The translations under genes and the position numbers were made by a program. DNA of 18,610 nucleotides from Zygophlyctis sp. KS116 (taxonomy: Eukaryota > Fungi > Chytridiomycota): contig BAAFSQ010000192.1 in the NCBI GenBank assembly GCA_054661495.1, positions 1 through 18,610 of the forward strand, read 5' to 3'. Position 1 is the first letter of the stretch. Every line of letters starts with the position of its first letter. Under the pieces are notes generated by a model, which saw only the letters and a program-made list of their open reading frames with translations, was not told the DNA's origin and searched no databases. This document shows, in pieces, positions 1 through 10,603 of the stretch.

Positions 1-23
1 AAAAGTAAAATTAGAGAAAAGAA

Positions 24-1938
24 ATGCCATGGATAGAACTCTTAGACACATCAAGTAATTCTTGTTTTTTTGCAAATATTGAGACTGGAGAGTGTGATTG
101 GGAATTGCCAGACAATGCGATTCTGCAGGAAAAAGATTCAAATCAAGAGGAATGGTGGGAATTATTTGATGAAAATCATCATTTACCTTATTATTACAAT
201 ACTAAAACAATGGAAACTGTATGGGAGCCTCCAAAATGTCCTATAATTCCAATGGCAAAATTACAAAAGGTGATGAAGGATAGGGAAGACGGTTGGAGGA
301 AAAGAAAATCTAATTTGATTTTTAATCCAAACTTTGCAAATTTAGAAGCTACTAAAGACTCTGCTCTTGGAAATATTTCCAGGGAGAAAATGGGAAGAAA
401 ATCGCTAGAAATTGATTCTAGAGGATCAAGGATAATTTTGGAAAATGAGTCTTTATCTAGAAAAGCTTCTACAAAAGTCTCTCTACATCAGATTTCTCAG
501 CCAAGAAATGATCCAGAAAGTGCGGATAAACTAAAACAAGAAATGTTTAAAGGTTATATGCAAGAGTCTCAAAAACTTCCAAATGATTTAATTTCAGATA
601 TTCAAAATTTCTCTATTCAAGGATTTGCAGAAAAATATTTTTCTACACATAAAAGAGGATTTATTTTCAAAAAGAAAATTCCAATTCAAGAATTATTAAG
701 ATTTCAAAATTATAAACTAAAAAAACCTCTCATGATTCAATCTGGAAATTTTAAAAAAGAAGCGCTACAGTGTTTTAATAGTATCTTGGCGGTAACTTCA
801 ATATAACTGAATTAAAGATTATGAATCCAAAAACAAAATTTGAAACTACATTTGTTAAAATTCATGGGTTGTTGGATAAAGCTACCAAGATTGGGAGTAT
901 AAGAGATGAAATTTTGGTACAGATTTGTAAACAGGTTACTGATAATCCGGATTTGTAAGGGTTTTAGTTTTTTTTAAATTACAGAGCAAGTTTAATCAGA
1001 GGTTGGAGGCTCTTTTCAGTTACGTCTGGGGTAGTTCCACCTTCAAAGAATTTCGAACATTACTATAAAAACTTTATAGAGAATTTTCACAATGATGAAA
1101 ATCAGGAGATTAGAGTTATGGCAGCGTATTGTACAAAGTGTATAGCAAAAATTTGTAAAGTTGGTCCTCAAGGAAGGACATTATCACTTGAAGAAATTCA
1201 ATTTGGATGGGTATTAAAAAGATCTTTTCTAAATTTATAGGATGCACCCTTTAAGCCGCAATTATTTGGAGAAACTCTGCAAAATATAATGAATAATCAG
1301 GCTAGGGAGTATCCAAAGGATGTTTTACCAAAAATTTTAGTGTTTTTGGTTGATAGTATTCTTAAATTGAAGGGTCATAAAACTGAAGGGATATTTAGAG
1401 TGCCTGGAGAGATTGAAGCAGTCAGTGCCTTGAAATGTAGAATCCAAAATGGAAATTACAGCTTGAAAGGAATTACAGGTACTTTCAAAAATCTTAATAA
1501 TAGATCCTCATGTTCCTACTTCATTGCTTAAACTATGGCTCAGAGAACTAGCAGAACCGCTTATACCAACAATTTTGTATGAAGAATGCCTCAGAATTGG
1601 TAAGGATGAGAGCCTTTCTAGAGAAGATTCTCTTGCTAAAGCTGTAGGACTTATTGAAAGACTTCCAGGTACTTGTAATCACATTAAAATTTAGAGATCC
1701 ATAGAAACGTGATTTATTACATTATCAATTTTCTCAGGGTAATTATATTTTCTCTAAAAGCAATTAGGAAGTTGCCAAACCAGAAAATCAAACATTGACC
1801 AAGATGACAATTCAAAATATCAGTTTGGTATTTGCTCCAAACTTTCTAAGATGTCCTATTGACGACCCTTTCACCATCCTGCAGCTGACCAAATTTGAAC
1901 AAAGGTTTATGACGACTTTGATTGCAGGCCGAGATTGA
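24..1938 (+). CDS. WW + MyTH4 + RhoGAP protein (ARHGAP39/Vilse-like), 6 introns
   Basis: Two WW-like repeats (WIELLD...FFANIETGECDW; WWELFD...YYYNTKTMETVWEPP), a MyTH4 motif (IRDEILVQICKQVTDNP), and RhoGAP motifs (TEGIFRVPG, LLKLWLRELAEPLIP, NISLVFAPNFLRCP). GT-AG introns at 792-817, 955-984, 1211-1240, 1479-1503, 1669-1694 and 1739-1767 restore one frame ending at TGA 1936-1938. Confidence 0.9.
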
Positions 1939-2017
1939 TATATTTTAGGATTTTTGTATTTGAAACAATAAGATTATTGAGTTGAAGGTTTGAGTTTAGA
2001 TTGAAACAGAGCGCCAA

Positions 2018-2268
2018 ATGAATGGGGACAATGAATCTATTCAAGATCTTGCTGCAACGATGGATGAAACATTGAATAAAATAAAAACGCACTTTGAGAA
2101 TTCCAGCACTGAGATTCTAACCAAGAGTAATTTTTTATTCTTTATAATTTAGTGGAACAATTGTCTGCTCGGATGGAAAACATGGAAAAAACTGTCTCAG
2201 AAATGATGTCTAATGACCACTCGGACATTAATTTAAATGAAATCCAAGGTGAAAATAATGATGAATAA
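2018..2268 (+). CDS. HSBP1: Heat shock factor-binding protein 1-like small coiled-coil protein, 1 intron (not in the ORF track)
   Basis: With intron 2127-2152 (GT-AG, 26 nt) removed it translates as MNGDNESIQDLAATMDETLNKIKTHFENSSTEILTKMEQLSARMENMEKTVSEMMSNDHSDINLNEIQGENNDE*. This matches the HSBP1 pattern (DL...L...F..MS..I..RMD.M..R.D.LEK.I..LM). Confidence 0.75.
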
Positions 2269-2275
2269 ATTACAA

Positions 2276-3731
2276 TTAAGATGTACTTGAACGTTCTCTG
2301 ACATTGCCGTGACCCTTTCGCTTTCTTTTCCTGAGTCGAGATCCTCCTACCTTGATCCTTTTGTTAGACATGGATAATTACCTTGATGTTTGTACAGAAA
2401 TATTAGAGTTTGAAATAGTTTTTTGAATAGAATTTGTCTGATTATTAACAGGTTGAAGTGAGCCTAAAAGTGTCCGATTATCATTATAAACCCATCTCCA
2501 GTAAAATAAAAAAATTGCCAATGGAATTTGCCAAAATAGATGACCATAAAACATCAAAGATTTAGTTAAATGACTCGTCTTACCTCTTGTTTAATTTGAG
2601 CTATTGTTTCTTCTAATACTATTAATTTTTTAGAAATCAAATTTCTATAATTATCAATTTCAAATACAAATGATTGAAATTGAGAATTACAATTTTCATT
2701 CTAAATCTTTAGCTATAAAAACCATACAACAAAATTCCTCCATTCTTCATCTAAAAAATCAACCAAAACGTCCATTTGATCTTGTTCTAATCTTTCCAAA
2801 AACACTTTAATATCTCTACGTTCTTTTTTAAGAAACCCACTTGTAAACACTGCAGACTCTTCCAATGCTGCTAGTCTTTTCATTACAGTCTTGTAAAAAC
2901 TTTCTTGTACTTTTGAATCTTTAGAAATTTCTGAATCTGAATCTTGAATTTCAAAATCATCTTCTTGTTTAATATCAAAGAAATCATCATTTGAACTCGA
3001 TAGTTTATCAAACTCTTTAACTTCCTCCATCATTGTAGTCCCAAAAACCTTTATTTGACTAAATGGACAATAATATTCATCTCCATAATGAGTAATAAAT
3101 TCAATTCGTAGATATTTTGCCCATAAAATAGGATTTTTGATGTTGAAAACCTATTTTTTAGATAATCTTTTTAGAGAAATCTAAAAGATCTTTTTAGAGA
3201 AATCTTTTTAGAGAAATCTTTTTAGAGAAATCTAAAAAATACCTGTTTCCCTTTCACATTCTGAGCCGTAAAATTCCCAATTAATTTCCAAGAATATTTA
3301 AAAGATGCAGGATACATATGATTTACATAAATCTTTAAATCCTTGAACACGCTAGAAAACAATTCAAAATTTGCCAAAACAACCGTTTCTACTAGAATCT
3401 CTTGACAAAATTCCAATTCTATAAATTTATCTCTTGTAGAACACTTGTTTACCATATACTTATCTTTTGCATTTACAAGAATAGAACCAATTTCTCTAGA
3501 TTCTGGATTCGATGCAAGAATTCTAGCACCGCAGTCTAGAGAAGCATAATTAAATTTTTGTTTATCTTCATATTGTATTTTCCTATTTTCAGCTTGAAAT
3601 CTTGAGAAATTTGGAGTTTTTCGACTGCATTCAAGTGCCCTTGTCTTGGTTGGGAGTGTAGAACAAGTTTCAAAAGAGATGGAAGAGACTAAACAAGAGA
3701 AAAACAAGAAAAACAAGAAAAACAAAATCAT
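2276..3731 (-). CDS. SLP1: Mid-SUN domain ER membrane protein (Slp1/SUCO family), 4 introns
   Basis: Signal peptide plus the SUN motifs FNYASLDCGA, ELEFCQEILV..V.LANFELFSS and YLRIEFITHYGDEYYCPFSQIKVFGTTMMEE, then QESFYKTVMKRL, a coiled coil and a C-terminal TM segment. Introns at 3151-3242, 2701-2727, 2555-2583 (non-canonical TG end) and 2358-2381. The 3' end is less certain than the SUN domain. Confidence 0.82.
3154..3236. repeat. Intronic minisatellite, 14-bp unit TCTTTTTAGAGAAA
   Basis: Four exact copies of TCTTTTTAGAGAAA plus degenerate pieces inside SLP1 intron 3151-3242. Confidence 0.9.
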
Positions 3732-3771
3732 TTGACAAGATGAGTTAGGTTAAAGGTTTTTTTAAATTTCC

Positions 3772-5829
3772 ATGGACGAACAAGATTTATATCCAATCGC
3801 TGTGCTTATTGATGAGTTGAAGCATGATGACGTGTCTGTAAGACTAGCGGCAATAAGAAGACTATCTACTATTGCATTGGCTTTGGGTCCTGAAAGAACT
3901 CGTGACGAACTTATTCCTTTTCTTCAAGGTAAATTATTATATTTTATTTAAAAGAGTCTATTGATGATGAGGATGAAGTTTTGGTAGCTATTGCAGATGA
4001 ATTAGGTTCTTTTACTGATTATGTTGGCGGTCCAAAGTATGCTCATGTTATTTTAAATCCTTTGGCTGCTCTGGCTGCGGTAGAAGAAACAATGGTTCGT
4101 GAAAAGGTAAAAGGAAAAAGTTTTATGAAAGGCCGTAGATTCTTGTGCTAAAATTGTTAAAAATCTTTCTCAAAGTCAAGTAGAAGATTATTATGTTCCA
4201 ATTGTAAAGAGACTCACGGCTGGAGAATGGTTTACTTCTAGAGCAAGTGCTTGTGGTTTAATTGCTCCTGCTTATCCAATTTGTGGTCCAATAATTCAGG
4301 AAGAATTAAGAAAGTAGATTTTAAGAAAAATTAAAAATTAGGATTTTTGGGCAATTGGTAAAAGATGATACGCCAATGGTTAGAAGGTCTGCAGGAAATC
4401 ATTTACATGTATTATTTTAATGGTTTAATACTAGAAAATGGTGACTGTTTTGCAAAAATCACAGGTTATTGCAGAGTTTATACCACTATTAAAGGTTTTG
4501 GTAGATGATGATCAAGTATTTTTTTAAAAAAAAGATGATTTTATAGGATTCGGTTAGACTTTTAACAGTGGAGCCATTGATTGCTATTGCAAGTGTATTT
4601 AGTCCTGAAGAGACAAAGATGCATTTGTTGGAAATGATTAAAAAAGTTGGGAATGATAAATCTTGGAGAGTTCGATATATGGTGGCTGATAAGTTGGTTA
4701 GAGTAATTTACAGGAAATTTTAAAAAGAATTTTAGATTGCGCAAGCTTCTGGAGACAAGGTGGTTAATGAAGATCTTTTATCAATCTTTATTAATTTGTT
4801 AAAGGATCAGGAGGCTGAAGTTAAGACTGCTGCTGCGACTCAAATTCCAGGTACAGGTTTTCAAGGTTGAATATAATAGGATTTTGTGGATTAATTGATC
4901 AAAATACAATTCTTAATGATATTTTACCGGCTGTTAAGGATATGGTTACTGATCAATCTCAACATGTACGTGCATCTGTTGCTAGTCATGTAAGTGGACT
5001 GGCGCCAATTGTTGGAAAGGACAAGTATGAAATTTTGCTTATTTAAATTAGTACTATTGAATTTCTTGTTCCGCTTTTCTTGTCTCTATTAAAAGACGAG
5101 GCCTCTGAAGTTCGGTTGAATATTATTGCCAAAATGGATAAAGTCAATACTGGTAAGAGATATTGTATTTTTAAAGTTTTAGTGATTGGAATTGATTTAC
5201 TTTCTCAGTCACTTCTTCCAGCTATTGTGGAATTGGCAAGTGATAAACAATGGAGAGTTAGATTAGCCATCATTGAGAATATTCCTTTATTAGCTGCTCA
5301 ATTAGTAAATTAAATCTTTAATATGCAAGGGCGTTGAATTTTTTAATGAAAAACTGGCAACGTTATGTATGTCTTGGCTTGGTGATTGTGTTTACTCAAT
5401 TCGTGCTGCGGCAACTAAAAATCTGAAGAATATAACTCAAGTCTTTGGAGTTACTTGGGCCAAGACTGCTATTTTCCCTAAAATTTTGACAATGTCACAA
5501 AACGCTAATTATTTGTACAGAATTACAACCTTGTTTGCTTTGGCGGTAAAGAATTAATTTCCTAAAAATAGACTTTGACTGAAGTTGCTAATGCAGAAGT
5601 AATCAAGGATTTTATTATACCAACATGTACACGCCTAGCATCTGATCCTGTTCCTAATATTAGATTTAATGTGGCAAAGACATTTGCAATAGTAATCACT
5701 ACAGTTAAGAAACTTGACAATTCTGGAAAAGGAATCAATGAACAGATCAAGTCATCTCTAGCCAAATTAAGTGAAGATACTGATGCAGACGTGCGTTTTT
5801 ATTCACAAAAAGCATTATCGATGATTTAA
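3772..5829 (+). CDS. TPD3: Protein phosphatase 2A scaffold (A) subunit, HEAT repeats, 11 introns
   Basis: Motifs [70 protein letters not shown] and [10 protein letters not shown]. Introns at 3929-3954, 4107-4131, 4314-4341, 4409-4434, 4516-4546, 4703-4735, 4851-4879, 5025-5051, 5153-5182, 5305-5329 and 5546-5571. Confidence 0.97.
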
Positions 5830-6623
5830 TGAAAAGAAAAAAGTACCGACTTCTTTTGATTGTTTTATTGATAGTTTTTTTACTACACTTGAGCCATAAA
5901 TCATTACCTGAAAAGGAGATACATTTAATAACTCAGTGGTATGCCGACATCAATTCAACACGATACCATGAGCTATACTATGCTCTTGATCAGAATATTA
6001 AAAACAAGTATATTTCGAGCATTCATCTGCTACAAGACTCTAATTACCAGAAAACTAAATTTCCATTTCACAGTAAAAAGATTCGAATTGTCCAGTTACC
6101 AACCAAATCGCGTCTCTTGGTCAGTCAGGCCATACAATATGCTCAGAAATTCTTACGAGGACAAATAATTATACTAGCAAATCTTGATATATACTTTGAT
6201 GATTCTCTAAAATTACTATTTGAATCAGATTTAGATCGCTACACATCTTACTTTTTATCACGAACCAATCATTTCAACCATTCACTTACCGAATGTAAAT
6301 ATCCATTTATGGGCTCTATGGACTCATTTATATGGATCCCTCCTCTCCCACAACCATTATTAAGCCGAACAGATTTTGCATTGGGATCATGGGTAACTCT
6401 ATCATTTTTAAAAGAATAGGGAATAGAAAATCGTTTATTATATGAATTTGAACAGATTGGATTAATTGGAAGGAATCCATGTGAATCTATTACTACCTGG
6501 CACATCCATTCAAACAATTACAAGAATCAATGGATGCCACAAGTTAATCTAGATAAAAAATCTAGTGTAGCCTTTCCAGACACATTAAAAACCAGATTTA
6601 AAAGTGATTATCGTAATTTCTAA
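5829..6623 (+). CDS. Type II membrane protein, putative GT-A-fold glycosyltransferase of an uncharacterised family, 1 intron
   Basis: Basic N-terminus plus TM segment ([19 protein letters not shown]), a DxD-like ANLDIYFD motif, then LSR, GSMDSFIW, WGIENRL and NPCESITTWHIHS. Intron 6393-6419; stop TAA 6621-6623. The function is inferred from motifs only. Confidence 0.65.
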
Positions 6624-6660
6624 TTTTATTTTAAAAACATTAGCATGGGAAAACTCTTCA

Positions 6661-7053
6661 TTATAGATCCTTTAAAATATTTAAAAGATCTTGTTTAGAA
6701 TTTGCATTAAATTTTGAATAAATCTTTTGCAAACTAGAGTCTGACAATTCCATCAAAAGATCTTGAATTAAATCCATGGATCTATTATTAGGAATTGAAC
6801 CTTTTAAAATATTTTCTACAGTTTCCGGATCTTTGGAAACATCTATCGGAGACTGATCATTAAAGTTTAAAAGAATTTTAGCTCCATGAGCCAATAATAG
6901 TTTGATTGCAGGAATTTGATTCATTTTACAAGCCCAATGTAATGCTGTCCATCCATTTACTTTATTCTGGAAATTAATATCAATGCTTTTAGAGTTTAAG
7001 AGGGATGAGATTGTATGTGTGTCTCCCTGAGCCGCCGCCGCCAGCAGATCCAT
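6661..7053 (-). CDS. Small ankyrin-repeat protein (ANKRD40-like N-terminus)
   Basis: LLAAAAQGD...DINFQNKVNGWTALHWACK...LLLAHGA are canonical ankyrin repeats. The C-terminal exon structure is uncertain. Confidence 0.8.
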   Translation of the reverse strand: MDLLAAAAQGDTHTISSLLNSKSIDINFQNKVNGWTALHWACKMNQIPAIKLLLAHGAKILLNFNDQSPIDVSKDPETVENILKGSIPNNRSMDLIQDLLMELSDSSLQKIYSKFNANSKQDLLNILKDL

Positions 7054-7896
<843 letters not shown>

Positions 7897-7910
7897 ACTC
7901 TTTAAATTTT

Positions 7911-8052
7911 AAACATTGGGCATTTTAGAAGAATGTATTAATGGTTCTCATCTTTTCTTTAATGAGTTTTTACAAGATTTCTATCTAGATTCTGCCAAAA
8001 CTAGGATTGACACACTTCGTCATTCTTAGAGTTTGTAGGAAGACTCATTGAA
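7911..8052 (+). ncRNA. Candidate structured RNA element (hairpin plus three-way junction) downstream of RPS3
   Basis: Hand-folded: hairpin 7911-7946, and a long stem pairing 7958-7983 with 8027-8052 that encloses two small hairpins. The GU pairs work on the + strand. No family recognised. Confidence 0.4.
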
Positions 8053-8059
8053 CTAACTA

Positions 8060-10427
8060 CTATTTTTGTTTTATTAGAGACAATACTTGTGTTGCAAGAG
8101 GTCCAAGATGTTTTTGTCTAGTTTGTCGATGGATTGGTTCCATAGTAGATTGAATTAGATCTGATGGTATTTTGTCCGGAATAAATACCAAACAATTCTT
8201 GAATACTTCTAGTGAGCGATGCAACAACTCTTCAGACTCTTCAAGTAATAAAGTTTTCAAGACTTGGAAAAATCGAGCCTCTTTTGATAAAGAAATTAGA
8301 CCCTCCTTGGAAGCTGATAATATTGCCAAAACACCAGAAGCAGCTCTTCTGGTCTCGAAATCTTCACAGTCTGATAGTGCAACCATTAATTTGAGTCGTG
8401 AAGAATTCCCGCAATTCACATAACGCTCAAAAACAGCAGGCTCATACATTAGATTACAAACTAGTTCTGTGGCAGCACGTCTAATCATGGTGTGATCTGA
8501 GAAAATTAATGATTCAAAACTTTTGATTGCTTCACCCTGAATAATACGTGATTGTACATTTGGACCAATGCTTGCAAGATTGGTTAATGCTAATAAAGAT
8601 TCAAACTGACATAGTAAATCATCACCTTAAATTATTAGATTAGAAAATAAAAATACCCCTACATAAATCAATAAGTGGTTTGACAAATTCCAATGCTGAA
8701 ACTCCTTTAAAAGCCAACGAAGGATCCGTGGTAATTAATAACTTTGCGATTGATTGACTGATATCCTTTATTCCCTTTGGACCTGCTGACTTTAGAAGAA
8801 GCAGAAGAGCTTTTAAGCCCCCTTGCTGAATAATTTTTCCTCTATTGTTTTTATCTACAGTTAGATTCAATAAACATCTGGCAAGACTATCTGATAACAG
8901 TTGAGATGGACTATCCTTTGACAGGGAAACAATAATTTCCATAACCCCTTGCTGAACCAACTGTTTATTTCTTGATTCTACAACAGCATCTTCTTCTAAA
9001 GGATCCTCCTTCTGGGAGTTCCCAGCTCCTTTTGACATTGCCTGAAGTTTCTTTACTTGTTCTTGTTCCTGTGATAATCTTTCCTTGTAATTTCCAATAT
9101 TCAAAAATATATTTACAATTCCAAAAGCAATTGATTTATCTTTATCCGTGTTGGTCAGCTGAATCAGTTTTTGAATAAGATCCTTTTTTTCTAACAAGAC
9201 TAGCTTTACTTTAGACTGTAAACTTTTCAGAGCCAGAGCTTCAACCAAAACACCCTTTGCCATTTGACAATTCTCAGACTCTAATTCTTGAATTATAACA
9301 TTTAAAGCCTGTTCGTTTGGTAGATTTTGTAAATTTGATTCCTTTATACTTGACTTGCACAAAATAGAAGCTGCCAGAGATTTTTTCTGAGAATTTTGAG
9401 TTTGAGCTAGACATTTGTCTAAAAAACCAGTCCCAGTCTCATTTAAAACCAAATTTTGTACATTTGTCAACAATTCTAAAAATGCAATTTGTACAAAATC
9501 CGAATCATTTTCTAAATACTCCATCATTGTCATCAAATCCTCCTCTTTTCCTAAAAATTCTAATCCCACTTCTTGAGACTGTCTAAATACATCTGCTAAA
9601 ACCCAGAGCCCAAATTCTTTATCCTTTTGAATCCCAGAATTTAACAATTTCTTGATTACATTGAAAATATTCTCCTTTATTTTATCTTTAGAGTTGTCCT
9701 TTAAATTTTTCCAAATCTGAATCATTAAAAGACTTGTTAAATCCTTTAATCCTTGTTTCTTTAGAAATTCTACAATTTCTTCATTGAAAAAATTAGCTGT
9801 AAATTCCTCTATCCCTAACAAATTTTGAATCAATAGAACCCCTATTTTCTGCCTTAATTTGATAGATATATTTAGAGACAAACCATTCTTTAGAATAGAA
9901 ACGACTTTTGGATCCTTTACAAAATTTGACAATAATTGTACGTGAATCTCTTGGATTTCCAAATCCTCCCCTATTAATGTCGACTCTTGCATAATTCTTA
10001 GAATAAATTCCTTGTTTACTTTTAGTAATTCTTGTAAAATAAGAAAAAACTTGAAAATTCCAACATTTTCCTTGAGACATTGACAATAAATATCTTTCCA
10101 CTCTTCAAAGTCTGAGAGATTTGAGAAATTCGAATTAAAAATCAACAAAATTTCCAATAATTCCTCTAAATTCAGCAGATTTCTTAATTCCTTTAAAGAG
10201 AATTTCTCTATTAAAATCTGAAATTTAGAAAAATCCTTGAAATCCTTAGAATCAATGAGTTTTGTAAAATCTTTCAGAGCTTTTACATAATCACCAGACT
10301 TAATATAGAGTCTAGATCTCTCAAAGACCAGAGAAGGAGTAAAATTAGATTCTAAACCTGAAAATTACAATGTAACATACTTACATTTTGTTAATTTTTC
10401 AATTTCTAAATCTATTCCATCAGCCAT
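8060..10427 (-). CDS. UCS-domain myosin chaperone (UNC-45/She4/CRO1/Rng3 family), 2 introns
   Basis: Motifs NRGKIIQQGGLKALL, QSIAKLLITTDPSLAF, QFESLLALTNLAS, RRAATELVCNL and ETRRAASGVLAILS, with a TPR-like N-terminus (ERSRLYIKSGDYVKALKDF). Introns at 10358-10384 and 8626-8656. Confidence 0.92.
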
Positions 10428-10603
10428 TCCTTGTATTTTGTGTTTTTGACGTTTTTCTTTGTTTTCAGTGCGTTTCTTATTAGATTATAGGCTTGTAATA
10501 TCGTAATAATATTAAAAAAGTCTCAGGTTTTTCACCTACAAAGTTCAGGTGTGACAGAGGTTGCGTCAAACTTTTCTAGTAAAAAAACCTGTCTCAACCG
10601 ATA

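Noticed and set aside
3154-3236. Repeat array as a CRISPR-like locus
   Set aside because: The 14-bp units are directly adjacent with no unique spacers, sit inside a eukaryotic intron, and there are no cas genes.
6782-6820. Possible extra intron in the ankyrin gene (CCTAATAATAG acceptor-like)
   Set aside because: The available donors give 19 or 38 nt, outside the observed size range, and lead to early stops; the unspliced frame is open.
10515-10595. Short inverted repeats (CAGGTTTTT / AAAAACCTG; CACCT / AGGTG) upstream of the ORFan as possible transposon ends
   Set aside because: They are too short, both arms lie on the same side of the ORF, and there is no target-site duplication or transposase.
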